IMG/VR virus record: IMGVR_UViG_3300015050_001115
Location: 1 to 41,728 of that record
DNA length: 41,728 bases
Direction: 5' to 3' (one strand)
Origin: a virus
Taxonomy: Duplodnaviria; Caudoviricetes
Part shown: positions 1-8,604 of the stretch, piece by piece
How positions within the stretch are numbered: position 1 is the first letter of the stretch
Layout: the number at the start of each line of letters is the position of its first letter
Notes under the pieces: model-generated
What the model saw: the letters and a program-made list of their open reading frames with translations, nothing else
What the model was told of the DNA's origin: nothing
Database searches by the model: none
Made by a program: the position numbers and the translations under genes

Positions 1-123
1 CTCCACTATGAACCGTCTCGCCGCTGCGTTTGCAGCCATTGCTCTCACCACGGCCGCCGTGGGCTGCGCCATCGCCCCGACAGGCCAGCCGGCCGCCGTC
101 TCGACCATCGCCGGCAAGAAGGC
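1..123. repeat. Terminal direct repeat, left copy (circular assembly overlap)
   Basis: ctccactatg...gcaagaaggc (123 nt) is identical to 41606-41728. Confidence 0.97.
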
Positions 124-373
124 GCTCTACGTCGCCGAATCCGCCTTCGTCGGCGCGAGCCTCGCCGCCGAGAGCGCCGTGGACAATGGCCTGTTGCGGG
201 GCGAGGCCGCCGGCCGCGTCGATGTCGGCTTGGTTAAGGCGCACCAGGCGCTGGTCGCCGCTCGCGCAGCTGAGAAGATCGGCGACGCCACCAGCTACGC
301 CGAACAGGTCGCGCTCGCCCAGGATCTGGTCGCCACGGTCTGGCCCATGATTCCCGCGAAGAAAGGCCTGTAA
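8..373 (+). CDS. Lipoprotein in lysis module (possible spanin-like / outer-membrane lysis accessory)
   Basis: N-terminal MNR + hydrophobic stretch + lipobox AVG-C20; follows the endolysin directly across the circular junction, with AAGGA upstream. Confidence 0.65.
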   Translation: MNRLAAAFAAIALTTAAVGCAIAPTGQPAAVSTIAGKKALYVAESAFVGASLAAESAVDNGLLRGEAAGRVDVGLVKAHQALVAARAAEKIGDATSYAEQVALAQDLVATVWPMIPAKKGL

Positions 374-376
374 GCC

Positions 377-580
377 ATGACCCCGATGGAAGCCATCGCC
401 CTGCTCAACGCCGTCATGCAGACGGTTGCCGCTGTGGTCCCGGTCGCGCAGAAGGCCATGGAAGTCGCCGACAGCGATGACCAGATCAAGATCTCGGCCG
501 CACTGCGCGAGATTGCCGACCTGGCCGACGAGACGCACCACCGAGTGCACGCCAAGCTGCAGGCCGCCTCTAAGACCTAG
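377..580 (+). CDS. Small helical hypothetical protein (lysis module)
   Basis: 67-aa ORF 3 nt after the lipoprotein, with typical high-GC codon usage. Confidence 0.65.
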   Translation: MTPMEAIALLNAVMQTVAAVVPVAQKAMEVADSDDQIKISAALREIADLADETHHRVHAKLQAASKT

Positions 581-585
581 CCGCC

Positions 586-614
586 TAGCGCCTGCGCGGC
601 GTTGAAGGTAGGGT
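586..614 (+). promoter_or_regulatory. Possible sigma70-type promoter for tail genes
   Basis: TAGCGC-N17-TAGGGT in the intergenic gap upstream of the gp4-like gene. Confidence 0.3.
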
Positions 615-636
615 CCCGCTTAGACGGAGACCCATC

Positions 637-1389
637 ATGACCGCGCAGGCGCCCAAGCCCCCCGCCGATATCGTCGCCTACTATGTCGACGTTTCTCACC
701 AGCTGCTCGGCGACGAGATCCGCACGGCCACGCCCACGGTGGACGTCGGGACCGTCGTCATCGAGAAGCACGAACACGACGGCCAAGCGGTGCGCCTGCT
801 GCTCAGCGGCGGCGCGGACCTCGAAGACGCCCTGATCACGATTGCCCTGGTGACGCGCCGCGGCCAGGAATTCAGCGTTACGACCGAAATTCCAGTGCGC
901 GACGACGTCGTTGCGGTGCTGCCGGCCACGGTCACCAAGCGCTTCGTCATCAACCAGGCTTTCACCGAAATGGGGCTGGCCGGGTACGAGTTCGACGCCA
1001 CGCCGGAAGAGCAGGCGCAACTGCTTCTGCGGCTCGATGCCATGATGGCGCAGTTCCTCACTCAAGGCATCGACCTGGGATACAACCAGCCCATCGTGAT
1101 GGGCCAGGGCGACCTCGACGACCCCATCGGCATCCCAGACGACACGCTGAACGCCATCTGGCTCAAGCTCGCTGAACGGGCCATGCCGGCGATCGGCAAG
1201 GCAATGTCGGCCGAGACGCGACGCGCGATGAACGAGGCGTGGAACCTGCTCACGGGCCGGTACATGAAGATCCCCGAGCGCGCCCTCGGCCGCAACACGC
1301 CGATCGGCGCCGGGAACAAGCCTTGGTCTGTGTTGCAGCCCTTCGCGCGCCGCCGCAATCTCGGCGTCCGCGATAACGAGGTGAGCTGA
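637..1389 (+). CDS. P22 gp4-like head-to-tail adaptor with an extra N-terminal beta-rich domain
   Basis: C-terminal part TKRFVINQAF..G..(L)DAMMAQF..GIDLGY...LAER...TPIGAGN resembles P22 gp4; lies directly before the gp10-like gene. Confidence 0.85.
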   Translation: MTAQAPKPPADIVAYYVDVSHQLLGDEIRTATPTVDVGTVVIEKHEHDGQAVRLLLSGGADLEDALITIALVTRRGQEFSVTTEIPVRDDVVAVLPATVTKRFVINQAFTEMGLAGYEFDATPEEQAQLLLRLDAMMAQFLTQGIDLGYNQPIVMGQGDLDDPIGIPDDTLNAIWLKLAERAMPAIGKAMSAETRRAMNEAWNLLTGRYMKIPERALGRNTPIGAGNKPWSVLQPFARRRNLGVRDNEVS

Positions 1390-2786
1390 TGACGCAGATC
1401 AGCATCCTCAAGGGGATCTATGTCGGCGGCTTCGCCAACATCCGCGCCACCTATCCCCGCAACCTAGAGCCCATCGTCGGCGAAAATGGAATTTCGCGGG
1501 GCTATCTGCGCGCAGCGCCGGGCGTGAGCTACATCACCACAGGTCCAGGAGAAGATCGCGGGGCGATCAATTGGAACGGCTCGGGCTACCGGGTCATGGG
1601 AACCAAGCTAGTGGCCTTCGACGGCGGCGCGGCGTTTGAGCTCGGCGATGTCGGCGCCGGCCCGGCGGTCGCGCTGGACTATTCCTTTGACCGCCTGGCG
1701 ATCAATTCAGGGACTCGGCTCTACTACTATTTCGGTGGCGTCGTGACCCAGGTCATGGATCCAGACTTGGGTCCAATCATCGACATGATCTGGATCGACG
1801 GCTATTTCATGTGCACCGACGGCACCTACGTGATCGTCACAGAGCTTTCAGATCCGTTCGCCGTCGACCCGAACAAATACGGGTCGGCGGAGGAGGATCC
1901 AGACCCCATTCTCGCCCTGCGCAAGGTCCGCGGCGAAGCCTACGTGCTGGGCCGCTACACCGTCCAGAACCTGACAAACGTCGGCGGATCGGGCTTCCCG
2001 TTCGCAGCAAATGATGGCGGCACGATCCCGAAGGGTGTCGTCGGGAGCCGCGCGCGGTGTGATTTCCTTCAGAGCTTCGCGTTCGTCGGCGGCGGCCGGA
2101 ATGAAGCGATCAGCGTCTACCTTGCGGGCCCCGGCGAGGCCATCTCGCTATCGACCCCTGAAATCGATCGCCTGCTGAGCGTTGTATCGACGGCCGACCA
2201 AGCCTTCATCGAAATGGAAAGCCGAGTCCTGCAGAACGAGCAGAAGCTCTACATCCACCTGCCCGACAAAACGCTCGTCTATTCGCACCAAGCCTCGCTG
2301 GTGAATGAAAGCCCGGTCTGGCACATCCTGGCCGGCGGCAGCGCGGCGGATCAGCAGTATCCGGCTCGCCACTTTGCCCTGGTGAACAGCGCATGGCTCT
2401 GCGGCTCGCCCGCCGGAAAGCTCGGGTTTCTGAATGAGCGCGTCGAGACGCAGTTCGATGATGTCGCCGGCTGGGAATTCGAGACGACCTTCAATTACAA
2501 CGGGGGAAAGGGCGCGATCATCAAAGTCCTAGAGCTCGTCGCGGCCACAGGCTCAGCGCCGCTCGGCGCTAATCCCACGCTCTTCCTGTCGATCAGCCAA
2601 GACGGCCGAACTTATGGGCAAGAGCGGGCGATCGGCCAAGGCGCGTTTGGCCAGACCATGAAGCGCCTACAGTTCCGGCCCAAGACCAAGTTCAACAATT
2701 ACGCGACCTTCAAATTTCGTGGCGCAAACACCGCCATCGCCTCGTTCATGCGCCTTGAGGCTGAATTTGAGGGGTTGAACAGCTGA
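1389..2786 (+). CDS. P22 gp10-like tail hub / packaged DNA stabilization protein
   Basis: 465 aa; MTQISILKG, GYLRAAPG, YRVMGTKL, IDGYF, AEEDPDPI motifs; synteny gp4-gp10. Confidence 0.9.
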   Translation: MTQISILKGIYVGGFANIRATYPRNLEPIVGENGISRGYLRAAPGVSYITTGPGEDRGAINWNGSGYRVMGTKLVAFDGGAAFELGDVGAGPAVALDYSFDRLAINSGTRLYYYFGGVVTQVMDPDLGPIIDMIWIDGYFMCTDGTYVIVTELSDPFAVDPNKYGSAEEDPDPILALRKVRGEAYVLGRYTVQNLTNVGGSGFPFAANDGGTIPKGVVGSRARCDFLQSFAFVGGGRNEAISVYLAGPGEAISLSTPEIDRLLSVVSTADQAFIEMESRVLQNEQKLYIHLPDKTLVYSHQASLVNESPVWHILAGGSAADQQYPARHFALVNSAWLCGSPAGKLGFLNERVETQFDDVAGWEFETTFNYNGGKGAIIKVLELVAATGSAPLGANPTLFLSISQDGRTYGQERAIGQGAFGQTMKRLQFRPKTKFNNYATFKFRGANTAIASFMRLEAEFEGLNS

Positions 2787-3415
2787 TGCCCCTCGACGCT
2801 CAGAAAATCGCCGTTGATCGGTCGGTGCTGCGGAAAATCTTCCCAGATCCGAAATCGCTGCGGGCCTTCGAGCAGCTGCTCGAGCAAGTGTTCGACGCAA
2901 TCCCGACCCAGGTGAACGACAACACCGCTGAGCTCGCGGGGATTGTCGGATTGGTCGACGCGCTTCGCACCGCGCCCTTTGTAACCACCACGCCAACGAC
3001 GGAACTCGCCAACGAAAGGGTCCTGACCAGCAGCGCCGGCGCCGCCGTCGACTTGTCGGTTGCGGGCTTGGTTTCGATCATCGTCAACGTCGTGGCCGCG
3101 CTCGGATACACTCCCGCCAATCGCGCCGGCGACACGTTCACCGGCCCTGTAGATTTTGCCGCTGCCGTCCATGCCTTGGGCGCCCTGACGGTCGATGGTT
3201 ATTTGCTGGTTAACGACGACCTGGGCGTAACTGGCGATATCATCGTCAACGGCAGCGTCGCGATCGGCGCAGGCTTGGACGTGACCGGTCAAGCCGAGTG
3301 CGACAGCCTCCGCGTCAACCAGGCGCCAACCGCCACGGCCACTCTTTCGACCCACTCTATCCCCGTCTCGATCAGCGGGACGACCTACTACATGCGGCTT
3401 TCTGCGACGCCATAG
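2786..3415 (+). CDS. Probable tail needle (gp26 position)
   Basis: Coupled to gp10; N-terminal helical segment followed by a repetitive beta/Gly region; assigned mainly by position. Confidence 0.55.
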   Translation: MPLDAQKIAVDRSVLRKIFPDPKSLRAFEQLLEQVFDAIPTQVNDNTAELAGIVGLVDALRTAPFVTTTPTTELANERVLTSSAGAAVDLSVAGLVSIIVNVVAALGYTPANRAGDTFTGPVDFAAAVHALGALTVDGYLLVNDDLGVTGDIIVNGSVAIGAGLDVTGQAECDSLRVNQAPTATATLSTHSIPVSISGTTYYMRLSATP

Positions 3416-3441
3416 ACCAACGGCCCCGCTCGCGGTATGTC
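3413..3441 (+). promoter_or_regulatory. Possible sigma70-type promoter for ejection-protein genes
   Basis: TAGACC-N17-TATGTC upstream of ATG 3467. Confidence 0.4.
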
Positions 3442-3466
3442 GGAGAGAGCAAAAACGGGGTTTCCC

Positions 3467-4180
3467 ATGGGCCTTTTCTCCTCCATCGCCAAGATCTTCG
3501 GGGCCGCGAAACAGAAAAAGGCCGTCGGGCAGGCCTCCGCCGCGCAGCAGGCTGCGGCTCAAGCGGGGATCGATCTCACGCAAGGCCAGCTGGATCAGAA
3601 CCAGGGCAATCTCGACAAGACCCTGGCGACCCTCCTGCCGTTCCTCAGTCAGGGCCAGCAGGCAGTCACGGCGCAGGGCGATCTTCTCGGCCTTCAGGGC
3701 GATGAAGAGCAGGCGGCAGCCATCGCTTCACTGAAGGACTCCCCGCTCTTCAAGTCCCTGTTTCGCACCGGCGAAGAGACCATCCTGCAGAACGCCAGCG
3801 CGACCGGCGGCCTGCGGGGCGGCAACCTAACGGGGTCCCTCGCCAACTTCGGGTCGGACACGCTCGCCAAGGTCATTCAGCAACAGCTTGGAAATCTGGG
3901 CGGCCTCACGGCGACAGGCCTTGGCGCCGCGGGTACTGGAGCGGCAGCGACGACAGCCGCAGGCGGTATCAGCGCCGATTTGGCGCAGCAGATATCCGCA
4001 CTGCTCAATGGCCAAGGCGCTGCCAAAGCCGGCGGTATCCTCGGCAAAGCGAACGCCAACCAACAGATTTACAGCGGAATCGCGGACGCGGCCGGCGACA
4101 TCGTGGGTGCGCTAGCTGGCGGTGCAGGCGGCGGCGGAAGCACTCAAGCAATCGCGAAGGCGATAGGGGCGTTCATCTGA
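3467..4180 (+). CDS. P22 gp7-like DNA ejection (transfer) protein
   Basis: Gly/Ala/Gln-rich; GEETILQNASATGGLRGGN motif typical of gp7-like proteins; ATG 3467 chosen over 3437. Confidence 0.85.
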   Translation: MGLFSSIAKIFGAAKQKKAVGQASAAQQAAAQAGIDLTQGQLDQNQGNLDKTLATLLPFLSQGQQAVTAQGDLLGLQGDEEQAAAIASLKDSPLFKSLFRTGEETILQNASATGGLRGGNLTGSLANFGSDTLAKVIQQQLGNLGGLTATGLGAAGTGAAATTAAGGISADLAQQISALLNGQGAAKAGGILGKANANQQIYSGIADAAGDIVGALAGGAGGGGSTQAIAKAIGAFI

Positions 4181-5505
4181 TGGATCCGATCAACTATTTC
4201 GGCCAACTCGCGCCCAACGATCTGGGCGAAGCGCTGATGGGCGGCTTTCAACAGCGCCAGGCCCTGCAGCTCGCCCAACAGCAGCAGGCTCGCGCTTTGG
4301 CGCAACAAGCCCAGCTGGACGCCGCGCGCGACGCTGCGATCAAGAACCCGACGGCCGCCAACTACAACGCGCTGTTCCTGCTCGACCCCAAGAGCCAGGA
4401 GGCCATCAAGGCCGCTCAGTCTGGGGTGAATAAGGCCGATCAGGACAATGACCTGAAGGAATACACGGCCCTGTTCGGCTTGGCCCGCGCCGGGCGCCAG
4501 CAAGATGTCCGCGCCCGGGTGCAGGCCCGCATCGACGCCGACAAGAAGGCGGGGCTGGACACCGCCGACGATGAGGCCTTCCTCGAGGTTCCCGACGACG
4601 AGTTGGCGGGCTACATCGGCCTGCAGCTGGCTGGCGTGCTGGGCCCTGAGAAATTCGACCAAGCTTTCAAGACCCAGACCGAAGGCGAGCGCGCCGACGC
4701 CAAACTGCCCGGTGAGATCGCACTCACCGACGCCCAGGCGCAGGCGGCCGAGGCCGACGCGGTCAAGACGAACGTCGAGGCCCGCGAGCTGCCGCGCACC
4801 AACACAGCCGACATTGAGTTCAAGCGCGCCCAGAGCCAGCGCTTCCGCGATCAAACGGCCAACGAGGCCCGCCGACTGGATCTCGACGAGAACGCCCTGC
4901 TCACGAACACGCAGCTCGAGCTGGACAAGCTGCTGTCGAAAGGCACGGAGTTGACGCCTGGCGCCGAGGGTCGCCTCTCCACCGCCGTGACCAACGCCGA
5001 GGCCTCGCGCCAGCTGGCCACCAGGGCGACGAGCCTCGCTGACCGCATCGCCACCGCGCCGATCAAGGCCGGCGGCGTGTTCGCCTCCCTGAAAGAGCTC
5101 AGCGCCGACGCCTTCGGCACGCAAGACCCGGTCTCGGCGATCCGCAAGGAATACACGGCGCTGATCTCGTCTCAGGCCGTCTCGAACCTGCCGCCTGGCC
5201 CCGCGTCCGACAAGGACATCCAGCTGGCCCTGAAGGGCTTCCCCAAGAACAGCTCGAACGCCGACACGATGGCCAGCTTCCTGCGGGGGATGGCCAAGCT
5301 GCAGAACATCAAGGCCAGCCGCGAGCAGGCCAGGGCGGACTGGATCAGCGAGAACGGCAACGAGGGCCGCGCCCGGCGCGACATCACCGTCAATGGCGTT
5401 CGCGTCCCCAAGGGCTCGACGTTCGGCGACTTCTCCACCAGCGCCGCTGCGATTGAGCGCCGCGAGTCTGTCGGCGAGCGCAGCTATCTCCGTTACGGAA
5501 AGTAG
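4180..5505 (+). CDS. P22 gp20-like DNA ejection protein
   Basis: Helical Gln/Ala-rich protein between the gp7- and gp16-like genes; LPPGPASDKDI...LRGMAKL motif. Confidence 0.75.
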   Translation: MDPINYFGQLAPNDLGEALMGGFQQRQALQLAQQQQARALAQQAQLDAARDAAIKNPTAANYNALFLLDPKSQEAIKAAQSGVNKADQDNDLKEYTALFGLARAGRQQDVRARVQARIDADKKAGLDTADDEAFLEVPDDELAGYIGLQLAGVLGPEKFDQAFKTQTEGERADAKLPGEIALTDAQAQAAEADAVKTNVEARELPRTNTADIEFKRAQSQRFRDQTANEARRLDLDENALLTNTQLELDKLLSKGTELTPGAEGRLSTAVTNAEASRQLATRATSLADRIATAPIKAGGVFASLKELSADAFGTQDPVSAIRKEYTALISSQAVSNLPPGPASDKDIQLALKGFPKNSSNADTMASFLRGMAKLQNIKASREQARADWISENGNEGRARRDITVNGVRVPKGSTFGDFSTSAAAIERRESVGERSYLRYGK

Positions 5506-5508
5506 GCC

Positions 5509-8500
5509 ATGAAGGGTCATCCCAAGAGCTACCTCGACCCGGCTTACGACAGCATCGAAGCGACCGTGACGGCGCAACTTGGCCTCCCTGAAGGGCTTTT
5601 GGGCGCGATCCGCACCAAGGGGGAGAAATCCAACGCCGATCAGGTTTCGTCCGCTGGTGCTCGTTCGGTCTACCAGGTGACGCCCGCCACGCGCCGCGCG
5701 GCCCTGAAGAAGTTCGGCGTGGACGCCTATCTGTCCGCCGAGAACGCCGCCGAGGTCGCTGGGCGAATCCTGAAGGACAGCCTGAACGCCACCAAGGGGG
5801 ACGTCACCGAAGCTGTTGCCCGCTATCATGCCGGCACGCAAGGCGCCCGGGGCCCGGTCAATCGCGCCTATGTCGCCCGCGTGACGGGGCAAGCGCCTGC
5901 CGCTGGCGGCGCTCGCCCGGCGACCGCCTACGACCAGGCCCGCGCCGCCCGGCAGGTCGACGAGACCCCTTCCATCGCCAAGGTGGTGGACGCCTACAAC
6001 GCCGGGACGCTCGACGCGCAGGCCGCAGCGGAATTCGAGGCCGATGTGGCGGCCGCCGCCGTGCTGCTGCCGCGAGGCGCCAAACTGAAGACGCAGGCCA
6101 AGCCCCAAGCCGAAGGCGCTCCGCTCGTACTCCCCGCGGGCGTCATCCAGGCATACAACAGCCTGTCGGACATGACCGACGGCGAGCGCCAGCAGCTCGA
6201 CGCCGACGTCAAGGCCGGGCTGGTCGCTCTTCCGGCCGGCGCTCAGCTCAAGCGCCCGGGTCCGCGCACCAACATGGAAAGCCTGGGGCTGGGCCTTCGC
6301 ACCGATGCCCGCGCCCTGGCCGGTCTGGTCGACATTCCCGCCGGCGGCCTGAACGCGGTCATCAACATGGGCGCTCTCGCCCTTGGCGCCGACAAAGCGC
6401 CGATGTCCCTTTCCCCCTTCACCGATATCGCCGACCAGCTTCTGGACAAGGCCGGCGCGCCTCGCCCGACCCAGCCCGGCGAAAAGATGATCGACGCCAT
6501 CGGGCAGGGAGCCATCCAAGGCATCGCGACGGCGGGCTTGGCGACGCCGCTAGCCGCCGCACGGGGCACGACGGGCGCCGTGGCCAAGGCGCTGTCGTCT
6601 GCGCCCGTCCTGGACACGGCAGCGGGCGCTGCGGCGGGCGGCGCGGCCGAAGCGGTCGATCAGGGCGGCGGGGGCCCGGTTGCACAGCTCGCCGCCGCCT
6701 TGGCTGCTGGTGGCGGGACAGCCGTCGGCGGTCGACGTGTCGCCCAGGTCGCCGAACGGCTGGGCCCGAAGGCCGCCAAGGTCATCGAGGAAACCCCGGC
6801 AGAGGTTCTGCTGGACGAGGCCGGAGAGCTCACCGACGAAGGCCGCGAAGCCGCGGTGCGCGCGGCGGCCAAGCCCGATGATTTCAAGGCGGCTGTCGCC
6901 GAGGTCCGCGACGCGCCGGCCGAACCCGCCACGCAGACGGTGCGCCGGTATGAGGGCGAGGACGTCCCGGTCGAAGTAATCGGTGAAACGGTCGCCGATG
7001 CGCAGGGCGTCCCGCATGTGAAGGTGCGCGCCCAGGACGGCGCAGAAGGCTTCGTGCCTGTCGCCGAGGTGGTTGAGGTCCCGGTGGCCGCTGCTGCCGC
7101 TCCTGACACGCCCCTGCCGGCCAGCGCGGCCGCTCGGGTGGCGCAGGCAGCCTCGGAAGACATCCCTCTGACCCGTGGGCAGGCAACGCAGGACTTTGCC
7201 ACGCAGGACGCCGAACAGAGCCTGGGCGCAGCGGCGTCCGGGGAGGGCGAGAAGGCCCGGCAGTTTCGCGAACTGCAGCAGACCAAGATCCAGGACGCCC
7301 TTGAGCGCTACAAGGCGGCGCTGGGCGATGCAGGTTCCAGCCCCGCCCAGCGCGGCGCCGTGGTCAAGGAAGCCCTGGGCGAGCTGCGCGACCAAGGCCG
7401 CGCCGGGGTTGCCGCGCTCTACAAGCAGGCCGAGGACATGGGCGGCGCGGCCATCGAACTGGACACTGCGCCGCTGCTAACGGCTGCGCGCGAACTGTTC
7501 ATCGACGAAGCGGTCCCCGACCAGGTCCGCAAAGCCATCAAGCAGCAGATGGCAAAGTACGGCCTTATCGGCAAGAACGCCAAGATGATCGAAGGGGAGA
7601 CGCGGGTTCAGCTGCTCGACGACGAAGGCAAGGTCGCCGACACGATCCGGTTCACCGGCCCGCAGGAACGCCTCACGGTCGCCAACGCCGAGGCGCTGCG
7701 CAAGAAGATCAACGGCCTCTATGACGCCGACACCTCCAAGCTTTCGCAGGGCCTTAAGGGTGTGATCGACGACGCGGTGGAAGACGCCGTGACCAAGGCC
7801 GCCACGGCCGCGCCTGGCGGCGTAGGAGATGCCCTGAAGGCCGCCCGTGGGGCGTACATGCAGCAGCGCGCCACCTTCCAGGCCAAGGACGTCGTTCAGA
7901 GCCTTCTCGACTGGAAGAAGGGCACGAAAACTGATGTCGTGCTGCCGGAGGACGCCATCAAGAAGATCTTCGCCGGCGGCCCGGAGGCGATCACGAACCT
8001 GAAGAAGGTGAAGGCGATCCTGCTGACCAAGCCAACGGAGAAATCGCGGGCGGCTTGGTCGGCCATCCAGGGCCATGCTGTAGGCGAGATCTTCCAGCAG
8101 GCGCTCAGCCCACGCGGCGAGGTCTCAGGCGCCCGGCTCAACACCGCCATCAAGAAGTTCGGCGCCGACAAGTTGAAGGTCATCTTGTCGGCCGAGGATT
8201 TCAACCGGCTGATGAAACTGCGACGGATCATCGCAGACGCGACCATCCCGCTGGCCAACACCACCAACACGTCGGGCTCCGGCTACAAGGTTATTCAGTT
8301 CCTGGCGTCTCAGGGCAAGTCGCTGCTGGGCGTCTCCAAGCTCGTCCCGGGCGTAGGCCCGACGATCGACGCCGTGACTGGCCTGGTCAAGCAGGGCGCC
8401 GAGGCCGCGCGGGCCAAGCAAACCCTCGAAGGCGTCACCGGCTTCACCCCCGAAGCTGCGGCCGCGGCTGACACCCCTAGCAAGCCGTCGATCGACGCAG

Positions 8501-8604
8501 GGAAGACGGTGATGGAGTTCGTCGAACTGCTGGCCTCCGAGCGCCTTATCTCCCCGCTCCTGGCGTCCAGCGCCGCCACTGACCAGAAAGAACCGACGCC
8601 ATGA
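5509..8604 (+). CDS. gp16-like large ejection protein with N-terminal lytic transglycosylase (SLT) domain
   Basis: N-terminus GEKS..SSAGARSVYQVTPAT...AVARYHAG is SLT-like; 1031 aa, Ala-rich; third ejection-gene position. Confidence 0.8.
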   Translation: MKGHPKSYLDPAYDSIEATVTAQLGLPEGLLGAIRTKGEKSNADQVSSAGARSVYQVTPATRRAALKKFGVDAYLSAENAAEVAGRILKDSLNATKGDVTEAVARYHAGTQGARGPVNRAYVARVTGQAPAAGGARPATAYDQARAARQVDETPSIAKVVDAYNAGTLDAQAAAEFEADVAAAAVLLPRGAKLKTQAKPQAEGAPLVLPAGVIQAYNSLSDMTDGERQQLDADVKAGLVALPAGAQLKRPGPRTNMESLGLGLRTDARALAGLVDIPAGGLNAVINMGALALGADKAPMSLSPFTDIADQLLDKAGAPRPTQPGEKMIDAIGQGAIQGIATAGLATPLAAARGTTGAVAKALSSAPVLDTAAGAAAGGAAEAVDQGGGGPVAQLAAALAAGGGTAVGGRRVAQVAERLGPKAAKVIEETPAEVLLDEAGELTDEGREAAVRAAAKPDDFKAAVAEVRDAPAEPATQTVRRYEGEDVPVEVIGETVADAQGVPHVKVRAQDGAEGFVPVAEVVEVPVAAAAAPDTPLPASAAARVAQAASEDIPLTRGQATQDFATQDAEQSLGAAASGEGEKARQFRELQQTKIQDALERYKAALGDAGSSPAQRGAVVKEALGELRDQGRAGVAALYKQAEDMGGAAIELDTAPLLTAARELFIDEAVPDQVRKAIKQQMAKYGLIGKNAKMIEGETRVQLLDDEGKVADTIRFTGPQERLTVANAEALRKKINGLYDADTSKLSQGLKGVIDDAVEDAVTKAATAAPGGVGDALKAARGAYMQQRATFQAKDVVQSLLDWKKGTKTDVVLPEDAIKKIFAGGPEAITNLKKVKAILLTKPTEKSRAAWSAIQGHAVGEIFQQALSPRGEVSGARLNTAIKKFGADKLKVILSAEDFNRLMKLRRIIADATIPLANTTNTSGSGYKVIQFLASQGKSLLGVSKLVPGVGPTIDAVTGLVKQGAEAARAKQTLEGVTGFTPEAAAAADTPSKPSIDAGKTVMEFVELLASERLISPLLASSAATDQKEPTP

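Noticed and set aside
1-123. Biological terminal repeat of a T7-like genome
   Set aside because: It falls inside a gene and looks like an assembler overlap; the gene set is P22-like.
4144-6519. 791-aa minus-strand ORF, and similar long antisense ORFs at 24748-26076, 32094-33587 and 35509-37485
   Set aside because: They lie opposite well-supported genes and have no recognisable motifs. High-GC codon bias removes antisense stops, so these are shadow ORFs.
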